A stretch of 64,000 bases of DNA, taken from Alphaproteobacteria bacterium. Its GTDB lineage: Bacteria; Pseudomonadota; Alphaproteobacteria; Sphingomonadales; SMXR01. Below the pieces are notes generated by a model. It saw nothing but the letters and a program-made list of their open reading frames with translations, did not search any database and was not told the origin of the DNA. Positions 39,542-48,503 of this stretch are shown one piece after another (the stretch's first letter is position 1; each line of letters begins with the position of its first letter). The stretch spans positions 3,780 to 67,779 of the forward strand of contig DAOWAS010000001.1 in NCBI GenBank assembly GCA_030634465.1, in the 5' to 3' direction. Position numbers and translations under genes: made by a program.

Positions 39542-40531
39542 CTAGCTTTTCAACCACGGCAGCATTACCCGCACCTTATCGCCCGCAGGTTCAATTGGGT
39601 GGGCGGCATCTTTTGCTCGCTCCTGCTTGATAATTTTCCCGCCATTTTCCACATCGTCTAAAAAGCTTTTGGCAAATTTACCTGATTGCACATCGGCTAA
39701 AATAGCCTGCATTTCTGCCCGCACGTCTGCGCTAACAATACGTTGACCCGCAGTGTAGCCGCCAAATTCTGCGGTGTTTGAAATGGCTTTGTCCATATGT
39801 TCCAAACCACCCTCCCACAACAGGTCGGCAATTTGCTTCACCTCATGCAGGCATTCAATATAGGCAACCTCAGGGGCATAGCCCGCATCCACCAATGTTT
39901 CAAAGCCAGCCTTTATTAATGCGGGTATGCCGCCACATAAAATTGCCTGTTCGGAAAAAAGATCGGTTTCACACTCTTCAGCAAAAGAAGATGCTAAAAT
40001 TCCTGCGCGCCCACCGCCAATTGCACCCGCATATGCTATTGCCAGCTCAGCCCCATTGCCGCGCCTATCCTGCGCCACCCCATACAAACACGGCATGCCC
40101 AAACCTTTTTCGTATAATTCACGCAAAGTTTTACCCGGCCCTTTTGGCGCAACCATTATCACGTCTAGGTCATCTCTTGGTTTTAACAGGTTAAACCGTA
40201 TGGAAAAACCGTGGGAAAAACCTATGGCTGAGTTTGGCTTTAGGTTTTCGTGCAAATGCTCGTCATAAATTTTACCGTGCACTTCATCTGGCGCCAACAA
40301 CATGGTCAGGTCGGCCTGCTTTGCCGCACTGGCAATATCCGCAACCGTAAAACCATCAGCAACCGCAAGGGCGTGACTGGCACTGCCAGACCTGAGGGCA
40401 ATAATAACCTTAACCCCACTATCACGCAGGTTTAGCGCCTGCGCCTTGGCTTGGTTGCCATAACCCACAATGGCAACAGTTCTTTCCAAAATGGGTTTAA
40501 TTGAAATGTCAGCATCTTTTAAAACATTCAT
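39542..40531 (-). CDS. ilvC: Ketol-acid reductoisomerase (class I)
   Basis: 329 aa with the NADP-binding VAIVGYGNQAKAQALNLRDSG. The start overlaps the miaA stop (ATGA). Confidence 0.92.
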   Translation of the reverse strand: MNVLKDADISIKPILERTVAIVGYGNQAKAQALNLRDSGVKVIIALRSGSASHALAVADGFTVADIASAAKQADLTMLLAPDEVHGKIYDEHLHENLKPNSAIGFSHGFSIRFNLLKPRDDLDVIMVAPKGPGKTLRELYEKGLGMPCLYGVAQDRRGNGAELAIAYAGAIGGGRAGILASSFAEECETDLFSEQAILCGGIPALIKAGFETLVDAGYAPEVAYIECLHEVKQIADLLWEGGLEHMDKAISNTAEFGGYTAGQRIVSADVRAEMQAILADVQSGKFAKSFLDDVENGGKIIKQERAKDAAHPIEPAGDKVRVMLPWLKS

Positions 40532-41466
40532 AACTCTAGTGCCTTTAATAGCTCGTCTGTAGGTAGCTTCTTCATATCATCAGGTGAAACCCGCCTCCAG
40601 TTTGGAAACTGGTTGCGCAACCATGTCATTTGCCTTTTAGCATAGCGCCTTGTCAGTGTCTGCGCCTCGGTTATGCATTCATCCAAATTTTTATCACCCT
40701 TTAAATGTTCCATAAACGATGGCACGCCAAGCGCCTTCATTGCCAAACTGTCTGGGGCTATGTGCATGGTTTGCAACTGGCGTACTTCATCTAACGCACC
40801 CTCAGCCACCATTTCGACCAAGCGCTTGTTAATGCGGTCGTAGGTTTCATCTCGTGGGCGTTCCACCACCAGTTTTAATATTTGCCCATTTGCATCTAGT
40901 GCCTGCAAGCCACCCGACTGGGGCTTTTTTTGCCATTCTAATAGCGAAACGCCTGTGCTTCTAAACACCTCAAGCGCGCGGGCAAGACGCTGACCGTCAG
41001 CTTTATTCAGTTGCGCCGCCATATCAGGGTCTTCTGCCAGCAACAGTTTGTAAATATGTTCGGCACCACGGCCTTCCAACATTGTTCTGACATCACCACG
41101 AATAGCACCATCAATTTCAGGTATTTGGTTTAGGCCATCTAGAAGTGATTTAAAATAAAGCCCTGTACCACCCACCAATATTGGTACTGAGCCTGCTTTT
41201 TCAGCTTTAGCAATTTCCGCCATGGCATCATCGTGCCAATGGGCTACGGAATAATTAGCGTCAGGGTTTAAAAAGCCATACAGCTTGTGCGGTACACCCT
41301 GCATTTCAGCGTCACTGGGGCGGGCAGATAATATTTGCAAGGTGTTATAAACCTGCATACTGTCGGCGTTTATAATGGTGCCACCGATAGCTTTTGCCAC
41401 AGCCAGCGCCAAACCAGACTTGCCACTGGCGGTTGCCCCTGCAATGAATATAACCTTTGCTGACAT
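40528..41466 (-). CDS. miaA: tRNA dimethylallyltransferase
   Basis: 312 aa with the P-loop IAGATASGKS and MiaA blocks (DSMQVY, PHKLYGF, VGGTGLYFKSL). Confidence 0.93.
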   Translation of the reverse strand: MSAKVIFIAGATASGKSGLALAVAKAIGGTIINADSMQVYNTLQILSARPSDAEMQGVPHKLYGFLNPDANYSVAHWHDDAMAEIAKAEKAGSVPILVGGTGLYFKSLLDGLNQIPEIDGAIRGDVRTMLEGRGAEHIYKLLLAEDPDMAAQLNKADGQRLARALEVFRSTGVSLLEWQKKPQSGGLQALDANGQILKLVVERPRDETYDRINKRLVEMVAEGALDEVRQLQTMHIAPDSLAMKALGVPSFMEHLKGDKNLDECITEAQTLTRRYAKRQMTWLRNQFPNWRRVSPDDMKKLPTDELLKALEL

Positions 41467-41549
41467 TTTTTGCTTCTTTAACCCTCTTCAAAAACTACAC
41501 TAATTGATATAGAAGAACACATAACTAGCAACAAGAAAGAAAGCCCACC

Positions 41550-42458
41550 ATGAAAATAGTTGTCACCATTGTTAGCAACCCGCAATCATTTCCCCTTACG
41601 GGCGATGTGGTGGCTGGTGCAGTTAGAGCAATTGAGGCTGAGGGTGGCAAGTTAACATCCAAAACCATTCTTTCAGACAACGAAGCTGTGGATTTATTTT
41701 TTAGCGACATAGAGCAGGCGGTGGCAAAAAGTGCCTTAAGCAAGCTTTTCACCGCCATGCCACTGGATTTTTTCTGTTCTGATTATTCGCCAAACAGCAA
41801 CCGTAAGAAAAAAATGCTGGTTGCCGACATGGACAGTACAATACTGACGGTTGAGTGCATTGATGAAATTGCCGACATGCTGGGCATTAAACAACAAGTA
41901 TCCCAAATTACCGAAGCAGCCATGCGCGGCGAATTGGACTTTTCAGCATCGCTTATTCAGCGCGTGGCATTGTTAAAGGGCTTGCCAGCAGAAAAGCTTG
42001 ATGAAGTGTATAAAACCCACATACACCTGTCGAAAGGTGCCAAAACATTGGTTAAAACCATGGCTAGCAATGGTGCCAGCACCCATTTATTATCTGGCGG
42101 CTTTACATATTTTAGTGAAAAAGTGGCAGTTGAGGTTGGCTTTACCCACAACCATGCCAATGTTTTAGAGATTGAAAATGGCGTTTTAACTGGCAAAGTA
42201 ACCGAGCCAATTTTACACGCTGATAGCAAGCGTGAATTGCTTGTTGCCGCAAGAGAGCAATATAAACTGGGTAAAGATGATGTTTTGGCGGTGGGTGATG
42301 GCGCCAATGATATTCCCATGATTTTAGAGGCAGGTTTGGGCGTGGCATATATGGCAAAACCAAAAACTGCGGAACAGGCCACCGCCGCCATTAACCACAC
42401 AAGCTTGGAAACTTTATTGTTTTATCAAGGATATAAAAAAGCGGAGTTCACTAACTAA
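41550..42458 (+). CDS. serB: Phosphoserine phosphatase
   Basis: An N-terminal ACT-like region plus a HAD core with VADMDSTIL (DxDST), SGGF and GDGANDIPM. Confidence 0.9.
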   Translation: MKIVVTIVSNPQSFPLTGDVVAGAVRAIEAEGGKLTSKTILSDNEAVDLFFSDIEQAVAKSALSKLFTAMPLDFFCSDYSPNSNRKKKMLVADMDSTILTVECIDEIADMLGIKQQVSQITEAAMRGELDFSASLIQRVALLKGLPAEKLDEVYKTHIHLSKGAKTLVKTMASNGASTHLLSGGFTYFSEKVAVEVGFTHNHANVLEIENGVLTGKVTEPILHADSKRELLVAAREQYKLGKDDVLAVGDGANDIPMILEAGLGVAYMAKPKTAEQATAAINHTSLETLLFYQGYKKAEFTN

Positions 42459-42506
42459 AGCAAACCCCGCCCATTTAATTAATTTTTATTCTTCGTTTAT
42501 TTTCTA

Positions 42507-44042
42507 TTATTCATCCCGAGGCATTTTAACTGGAACAAGAAAGTAGCTTCCAGCTCGGTAAATGCGGAACAATACGGCCTTGCGACCAGCATCTTCAGCT
42601 CTGGCAATGGCATCTTCAAGCTCATCAACCTCGCTAACATCACGCTGGTTCACCTGCACAATAACATCACCTGGGCGAATGCCACTTTGTGCCGCATCAG
42701 ACGAGCGTGACAGGTTAGAAACCAACAAGCCTTCAATATCGCTTGGGATTTTAAACTGTTCATTCAAGGCATCGGTTAGTGGTGAAATGCGCATTCCCAA
42801 AATTTCATTTTGAACCGGCTTTTCTTCTTCTGCCTCTTCTTTCTCAGCTTCTTCTTCTGCCTCGTCTGCACCTTTTTCAGCAGTTACCAAGGTCAGAACT
42901 ATTTCTTCACCATTACGCCAAATGTTTACCTCTACCTCTGCGTTAGCACCAGTGTTGGCAACAATGCGTGGCAAGTCGTTCACTTCTTTGACATGCTCGC
43001 CGTTAAAGTGGGTAATAACATCATAAGGCAAAATACCTGCTGCTTCTGCTGGGCCGCCTTCGGTTACATCGCCAACAATAGCGCCTTCGGTGCTTTCATA
43101 GCCAATGCTATCAGCTGTGTCGCCAGTAGCAGGCTGAATGGAAACACCAATCCAACCACGGATAGGGCGACCAAACTCCATCAAATGCGCAACAGTGCGC
43201 TCGACATCGTTTGAAGGAATAGAAAAACCAATGCCAATATTGCCGCCATTAGGGGTGTAAATCATGGTGTTCACGCCAATAACCTTACCGTCCATGTCAA
43301 ACAATGGCCCGCCTGAGTTACCGCGGTTAATAGATGCATCGGTTTGAATAAAGTCGTCATACGGCCCTGCTCTAATACGGCGGTGACGTGCTGAGATAAT
43401 GCCAGCAGTTACCGAACCACCAAGACCAAACGGATTACCAATGGATATAACCCATTGACCAACACGAATATCGTCACTGTTGGAAAATTTAAGCGGTTCA
43501 AACTCTTCGTCCGCGTCAACCTTCAATAGGGCAATATCTAGGTCAGTATCACGACCAATAATTTCGGCGGTATATTCATCGCCCTCACTGGTGGTAATGC
43601 TAACCTCGGAGGCATCAGCAATAACGTGGTTGTTAGTTACCAAATAACCGTCCTTGGTTATGAAAAAACCCGAACCAACTGAAACACGTGGGGTTTCTGG
43701 GGCTTGCTCTCTACGGCGATTATTAAACTGTTCGAAAAACTCTTGGAACGGTGACCCAGGTGCCAGTTCGGGCATTGCTCTGGTTTCATCCTCATCAGGC
43801 ACAGCCTGAGTAGATGAAATGTTCACCACACTTGGGCTTAGCTTTTCAGCAAGATCAACAAAATTATCAGGGGCGCCGCGCGCAATAGCTGACTGCCACG
43901 GGCTTAGAAAAAGCGTTGCAAAAGCAATTATTGTTAACAACAATAATAATGCCCTTGTCATATTTTGCGGAGCAGTATTTTCGCGTACTGCCACACGGCT
44001 TTCATTTTTTAATGGCGATATTTTATTATAATTCATTCTCAA
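42507..44042 (-). CDS. degP: Periplasmic serine endoprotease, DegP/HtrA (Do) family
   Basis: Trypsin-like domain with GNSGGPL and two PDZ domains. An unusual acidic linker (ADEAEEEAEKEEAEEEKP) separates the PDZ domains. Confidence 0.9.
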   Translation of the reverse strand: MRMNYNKISPLKNESRVAVRENTAPQNMTRALLLLLTIIAFATLFLSPWQSAIARGAPDNFVDLAEKLSPSVVNISSTQAVPDEDETRAMPELAPGSPFQEFFEQFNNRRREQAPETPRVSVGSGFFITKDGYLVTNNHVIADASEVSITTSEGDEYTAEIIGRDTDLDIALLKVDADEEFEPLKFSNSDDIRVGQWVISIGNPFGLGGSVTAGIISARHRRIRAGPYDDFIQTDASINRGNSGGPLFDMDGKVIGVNTMIYTPNGGNIGIGFSIPSNDVERTVAHLMEFGRPIRGWIGVSIQPATGDTADSIGYESTEGAIVGDVTEGGPAEAAGILPYDVITHFNGEHVKEVNDLPRIVANTGANAEVEVNIWRNGEEIVLTLVTAEKGADEAEEEAEKEEAEEEKPVQNEILGMRISPLTDALNEQFKIPSDIEGLLVSNLSRSSDAAQSGIRPGDVIVQVNQRDVSEVDELEDAIARAEDAGRKAVLFRIYRAGSYFLVPVKMPRDE

Positions 44043-44123
44043 ACTTTTCCTTTTGACTTTTCCTTAGCCCTACCCCTAGCACAAATAGTAATTAAACTAA
44101 TATGCTTAATATATTTCATTTAT

Positions 44124-44154
44124 TCCAAGTGTCCGCAATATTGCGTCCAAGTGT
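44124..44154. promoter_or_regulatory. Composite repeat motif upstream of degP
   Basis: TCCAAGTGT (44124-44132), a perfect 12-bp palindrome CGCAATATTGCG (44134-44145), then TCCAAGTGT (44146-44154). It lies 82-112 nt upstream of the degP ATG. Confidence 0.35.
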
Positions 44155-44211
44155 TAGTAAAATGCGATAAAGCCGCACATTTACTATGAAATGCACGACT
44201 TTATCTTAATT

Positions 44212-44403
44212 TTATTTGGCTAACCAAACAATGAAAACACCAACAGCAACGGCTACTAGCCCCACATCTCTTACTTTGCTATCGGGCATTTCCAAAAGCT
44301 TAGCAACGGTTCGTTTCATTCCGCTTGGAAAAAGAGCATATAACAATCCCTCTAACACAAACACCAAACCAATAGCGCTTAGTACCACACTGCCAGTTTC
44401 CAC
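44212..44403 (-). CDS. DUF2065-family small membrane protein
   Basis: 63 aa with two helices and the LEGLLYALFP motif. It has the conserved position between hflC and degP. Confidence 0.8.
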   Translation of the reverse strand: METGSVVLSAIGLVFVLEGLLYALFPSGMKRTVAKLLEMPDSKVRDVGLVAVAVGVFIVWLAK

Positions 44404-44421
44404 TAATTCAACGCCTCTCTA

Positions 44422-45291
44422 TTAGTTCTTGCCTTCCAAACCACCGAAGTACTTAAAGAACTCGCTATCGGGTGATATCATCAAAGTTGTATCAGCACCT
44501 GTTAACGCTCCTCTATAGGCTTCCATAGTACGGTAAAAATCAAAGAACTCTTCATCTGTTGAAAAAGCATCAGCAAAAATACGAACACTTTCACCATCGC
44601 CCTCACCACGAAGAATTTGCGCATCACGCTCAGCTTCAGCGATAAGAATGGTGCGAGAGCGCTCAGCTTCAGCACGAATACGAACTGCTTGCTCTTGACC
44701 CAATGCTCTGGCTTCACGGGCTTCACGCTCGCGTTCTGTTTGCATACGGGCATAAATGGCCTGTGAGTTAGCCGCAGGCAGATCAGCATGCAAAATACGC
44801 ACATCAACCACCTCAATACCCCAAGCATGAGCTTCGGTGTTAACAGCCTCACGAATGGCTAGCATCATATTGCTACGCTCACCTGAAAGCAGGCTTATGA
44901 ATGTCTGGTTACCCAAAACCTCCCTAACGTTTGATGATAACAACGTTGCCAACTGGCTAGTTGCCCGCATAACAGTTCTTTGTGTTTGGTAGGTAAGCAA
45001 TGGGTCAATAATGCGGAAACGTGCCACACTATCAACAACCAAACGTTTCTGGTCAGAAGCAATAACCTCCTGCGGTTGCATGTCCAAGTTTAGAATGCGT
45101 TTATCTAAATAAAGAACCTGTTGCAAATAAGGAATTTTAAAATGCAGACCTGGCTCTTTAACGGTTTGCTTTGGATTACCAAACTGAATAACTAGCGCTT
45201 GCTCTCGTTCAGTAACAACAAAAACAGATTGTACAGCTGTTACTAACACAGCAAGCAAAACAATGATTTTTATAAATGGGTTTTTAAACAT
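44422..45291 (-). CDS. hflC: FtsH protease modulator HflC
   Basis: 289-aa SPFH/band-7 protein directly after hflK. Confidence 0.92.
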   Translation of the reverse strand: MFKNPFIKIIVLLAVLVTAVQSVFVVTEREQALVIQFGNPKQTVKEPGLHFKIPYLQQVLYLDKRILNLDMQPQEVIASDQKRLVVDSVARFRIIDPLLTYQTQRTVMRATSQLATLLSSNVREVLGNQTFISLLSGERSNMMLAIREAVNTEAHAWGIEVVDVRILHADLPAANSQAIYARMQTEREREAREARALGQEQAVRIRAEAERSRTILIAEAERDAQILRGEGDGESVRIFADAFSTDEEFFDFYRTMEAYRGALTGADTTLMISPDSEFFKYFGGLEGKN

Positions 45292-45293
45292 AT

Positions 45294-46397
45294 CTATTGC
45301 CCTCCTCTGTTATTACTTCGGTTTTGCAATTCGGGTAGCGGTAAATATGGCACCACCCCTTCTGTTGCATTCTCATCCAATATAACCTTGTTCATGCCTG
45401 TTAAAATTTCCTGCATGGTTTCCAAATACATACGCTTGCGTGTCACGTCTTTTGCCAGCGCATACTCTTTATAAACAGACATGAAGCGAGATGCCTCACC
45501 CTGCGCTCTGGCTACGACCTCGGCTTTATACGCCTCGGCTTCCAAAATCATTTTTTGTGCCTGACCGCGGGCTTCTGGCACGATAGAATTGGCATAAGAT
45601 TCTGCTTGGTTCTGGAAACGCTCTTTATCGGCCTCAGCAGCCTGAACATCACGGAAAGCTTCAATAACCTGCTCAGGCGGGTCAACCTTCTCTAGCTTCA
45701 CATCAGTAATTTGTATGCCAGCACCATATCCATTAAGCACGCTTTGAGTTAGCTCCTGCACTTCTCTTTGAATAGCACCACGATCTTCGGTTAAGGCGCG
45801 CTCAATAGGGGTGCGACCAATAACTTCACGCATGGCACTCTCAGCCACAACTTTAATGGTTAGTGTTTGCGGTTCTTGAATATTAAACAAGAACTGACCT
45901 GCATCTTCTACCCGCCAAAACACGGTGAACTCAATATCAACAATGTTTTCATCGCCAGTTAACATCAGGCTTTCATTAAGATAATTTGCCTGTGTGCGAC
46001 CACGACGGGTTACAACTGGGTCAGACCTGAAACCAACATCAATACGGTTAATGGATGTTACATTGGGTAACAGAACTGTTTCAATTGGGTATGGTAAATG
46101 CATATGAAAACCAGGAGTTGTGGTTTCTGTCCATTCGCCAAAGCGCATAACAACGCCTTGCTGGCTGGGTTGCACTGTGTAAATGCCTGTAGAAATCCAC
46201 AAAAGCAAAAGCACCAAAAGCCCTAATAATAAAGATGTTTTGCCACCACCACCGGGTAACATGCCTTTTAACTTCTTTTGACCTTGGCGAATTAGCTCGT
46301 CAATGTCTGGTGGCTGCTGTCCACCACCACGTGGGCCACGTGGTCCGCCGCCGCCGCCCCAAGGATTTTGATTACCGCCATTATTATCCCATGACAT
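45294..46397 (-). CDS. hflK: FtsH protease modulator HflK
   Basis: 367 aa with a Gly-rich N-terminus (NPWGGGGGPRGPRGGG), one TM helix and an SPFH domain. Confidence 0.92.
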   Translation of the reverse strand: MSWDNNGGNQNPWGGGGGPRGPRGGGQQPPDIDELIRQGQKKLKGMLPGGGGKTSLLLGLLVLLLLWISTGIYTVQPSQQGVVMRFGEWTETTTPGFHMHLPYPIETVLLPNVTSINRIDVGFRSDPVVTRRGRTQANYLNESLMLTGDENIVDIEFTVFWRVEDAGQFLFNIQEPQTLTIKVVAESAMREVIGRTPIERALTEDRGAIQREVQELTQSVLNGYGAGIQITDVKLEKVDPPEQVIEAFRDVQAAEADKERFQNQAESYANSIVPEARGQAQKMILEAEAYKAEVVARAQGEASRFMSVYKEYALAKDVTRKRMYLETMQEILTGMNKVILDENATEGVVPYLPLPELQNRSNNRGGQ

Positions 46398-46550
46398 CAG
46401 ATATCTCCCGCTTCATTGTTATATTTAATTGTTATATTTAGTTTTACCCCAACCCCACATGCCTGTGTGACAATGGGTCATGCCCTTATATATGTTACAT
46501 ATGCCCCACCTGCAATGATAAGCGTACGGAAAAGAGAAAAATAATAAAAA

Positions 46551-46609
46551 TATGTAAAGGGTGCTTGACATTGCGTATTTGGCGATTTATGTAAAGGAAG
46601 CTTAACATT
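46551..46609. promoter_or_regulatory. Two tandem 22-bp operator-like repeats overlapping a candidate promoter
   Basis: TATGTAAAGGGTGCTTGACATT (46551-46572) and TATGTAAAGGAAGCTTAACATT (46588-46609) are 19/22 identical. Each is an imperfect dyad ATGTnAAG-N4-CTTnACAT. The first contains TTGACA (46565-46570), with TATGTA 17 nt downstream. Confidence 0.45.
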
Positions 46610-46631
46610 AAATAAAAAAAGGATTTATAGA

Positions 46632-47018
46632 GTGCCAACAAATTCACAAAATTGCCACATGAGAAACTTCCTCATATTCATATCAATATATGCTGTAACA
46701 CTTTGGTTTTCTATTTCTTACATCAAAGGTGCCGCAGAGATAGGCACCACAGAAACGGTCATATCAATTAGCCCTATCATACCAATTTTATTTGCCACAA
46801 GATCACTATTAAAATCTATTAGCAATATGGATGAAATGCAAAAACGAGTTAACCAAGAAGCTATGACAACTTCTGCCATCATTGTGGGTGTTTTAAGCTT
46901 CGCTTATAGCTTTTTAGAGAATGCGGGCTTTCCTGAAATTAAAATTCTGTGGGTATTGCCAGCGCTTATTTTTGTTTGGTCAGTAGCAAAAATTCAAATA
47001 TACAAGCGCCTTTCATGA
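46632..47018 (+). CDS. Hypothetical multi-pass membrane protein
   Basis: 128 aa with about 4 hydrophobic segments. The stop overlaps the start of the downstream HTH gene (ATGA). AT-rich codon usage. Confidence 0.5.
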   Translation: MPTNSQNCHMRNFLIFISIYAVTLWFSISYIKGAAEIGTTETVISISPIIPILFATRSLLKSISNMDEMQKRVNQEAMTTSAIIVGVLSFAYSFLENAGFPEIKILWVLPALIFVWSVAKIQIYKRLS

Positions 47019-47203
47019 AAAACCTTATCAAGCAACTCAGGAAAGAACGTGAGCTTTCTCAAGCAGCACTTGGTGAGCAACTAGGGGTATCGCGGCAAAC
47101 AATTATTGCGCTGGAAAATGGAAAATATGACCCTAGCTTACCACTTGCTTTTTCCATAGCGGCCCTGTTTGAAAGAAAAATTGAAGATATATTCCTACCA
47201 TAG
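47015..47203 (+). CDS. Short XRE/Cro-family helix-turn-helix transcriptional regulator
   Basis: 62 aa: MKNLIKQLRKERELSQAALGEQLGVSRQTIIALENGKYDPSLPLAFSIAALF, a canonical HTH_3-type fold. The track ORF 46949-47203 includes an upstream out-of-context extension. Confidence 0.85.
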   Translation: MKNLIKQLRKERELSQAALGEQLGVSRQTIIALENGKYDPSLPLAFSIAALFERKIEDIFLP

Positions 47204-47338
47204 CTAATTGCTTCCCTACTGAAGCAGAAGGGCTTATTGAAATTTTCTAATTTAATAGTGCAAAAATATAAAAACGTGCTAAATGCTAGAAACACATAAG
47301 CCCTTCAGTGCAATTGAAAATTAACAAATGGGAATGCC

Positions 47339-48478
47339 ATGACCGAGCTAAGCAATGAACTAATTCTAGACACTTTAAAAACTGTTATTGACCCAGAAAG
47401 CGGCAAAGACATCGTTAGTTTAGGTCTTGTTTCTGGCATAGTTATTAAAGGGGCTAATGTTGGTTTTGCGTTAGATATTGGTAGCGGTGACCCCAAGGCA
47501 AAAGAACCCCTGCGCCAAGCGGCTGAAGATGCTGTTAAGGCCATTAAGGGTGTAATGTCCGCAAGTGTATTGCTAACTGCTGAACGCGAGGCAGGCTCAC
47601 AACAGCCAGAAGGCGGACATGCAGAACATAGCCATGAAGGGCACAGCCATGCCCCACAAAGCGCACCTAATCAAAGCCCCGGCGGCAGACAAGCACCACC
47701 GCCACCACCAAAAATTGAGCTACCAACTGTTAAGGCTATCATTGCCGTTGCCAGTGGCAAGGGCGGTGTGGGCAAATCCACCGTGGCGGTAAACCTAGCA
47801 TTAGCACTTAAAAAATTAGGCAAATCAGTTGGTCTTTTGGATGCTGATATTTACGGCCCATCACAACCGCGCATGTTGGGTGCGGGCGGGCAACGTCCGC
47901 AAGCTGATGATGAGCGTATAAACCCTGTTGAAGCGTATGGCATAAAGTCCATGTCCATGGGCTATCTGATAGAAGAAGACGCACCGATGATTTGGCGTGG
48001 GCCAATGGTTGCAGGTGCATTGTCGCAATTATTTAGCGATGTTAACTGGGGCGATCTGGACATTTTGGTGGTTGATATGCCACCGGGAACTGGTGACGCC
48101 CAACTAACACTGGCACAACGAGTGCCAGTTGCAGGTGCGGTAATTGTTTCCACCCCGCAAGATATTGCCCTGATAGATGCCCGCAAAGGCATTGAGATGT
48201 TCAAAAAGGTTGAAATTCCCATTTTAGGCATTGTTGAAAACATGTCAGTATTCCACTGCCCTAAATGTGGTGAAAGCACCCATATTTTTGGCGCTGGTGG
48301 AGCCAAGGCAACGGCCAAAAAATTAAACACTGAATTTTTGGGTGAAATTCCATTGCACCTGAGCATTCGTGAAACATCAGATGCGGGTAAGCCAATTGTC
48401 GCCACCGACCCCGATAGTGTTGAGGCCAAGGCATTTATAGACATTGCCGAAAAAGTTATAGCGGGCCTAAAAAGTTAG
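47339..48478 (+). CDS. apbC: Fe-S cluster carrier ATPase Mrp/ApbC with N-terminal DUF59/MIP18 domain
   Basis: Deviant Walker A ASGKGGVGKST and a CPxC (CPKCG) motif. The N-terminal DUF59-like domain has TVIDPESGKDIVSLGLV. A His-rich linker joins the domains. Confidence 0.92.
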   Translation: MTELSNELILDTLKTVIDPESGKDIVSLGLVSGIVIKGANVGFALDIGSGDPKAKEPLRQAAEDAVKAIKGVMSASVLLTAEREAGSQQPEGGHAEHSHEGHSHAPQSAPNQSPGGRQAPPPPPKIELPTVKAIIAVASGKGGVGKSTVAVNLALALKKLGKSVGLLDADIYGPSQPRMLGAGGQRPQADDERINPVEAYGIKSMSMGYLIEEDAPMIWRGPMVAGALSQLFSDVNWGDLDILVVDMPPGTGDAQLTLAQRVPVAGAVIVSTPQDIALIDARKGIEMFKKVEIPILGIVENMSVFHCPKCGESTHIFGAGGAKATAKKLNTEFLGEIPLHLSIRETSDAGKPIVATDPDSVEAKAFIDIAEKVIAGLKS

Positions 48479-48503
48479 GACATCAGGGTTAGTAGTTTAA
48501 AAC

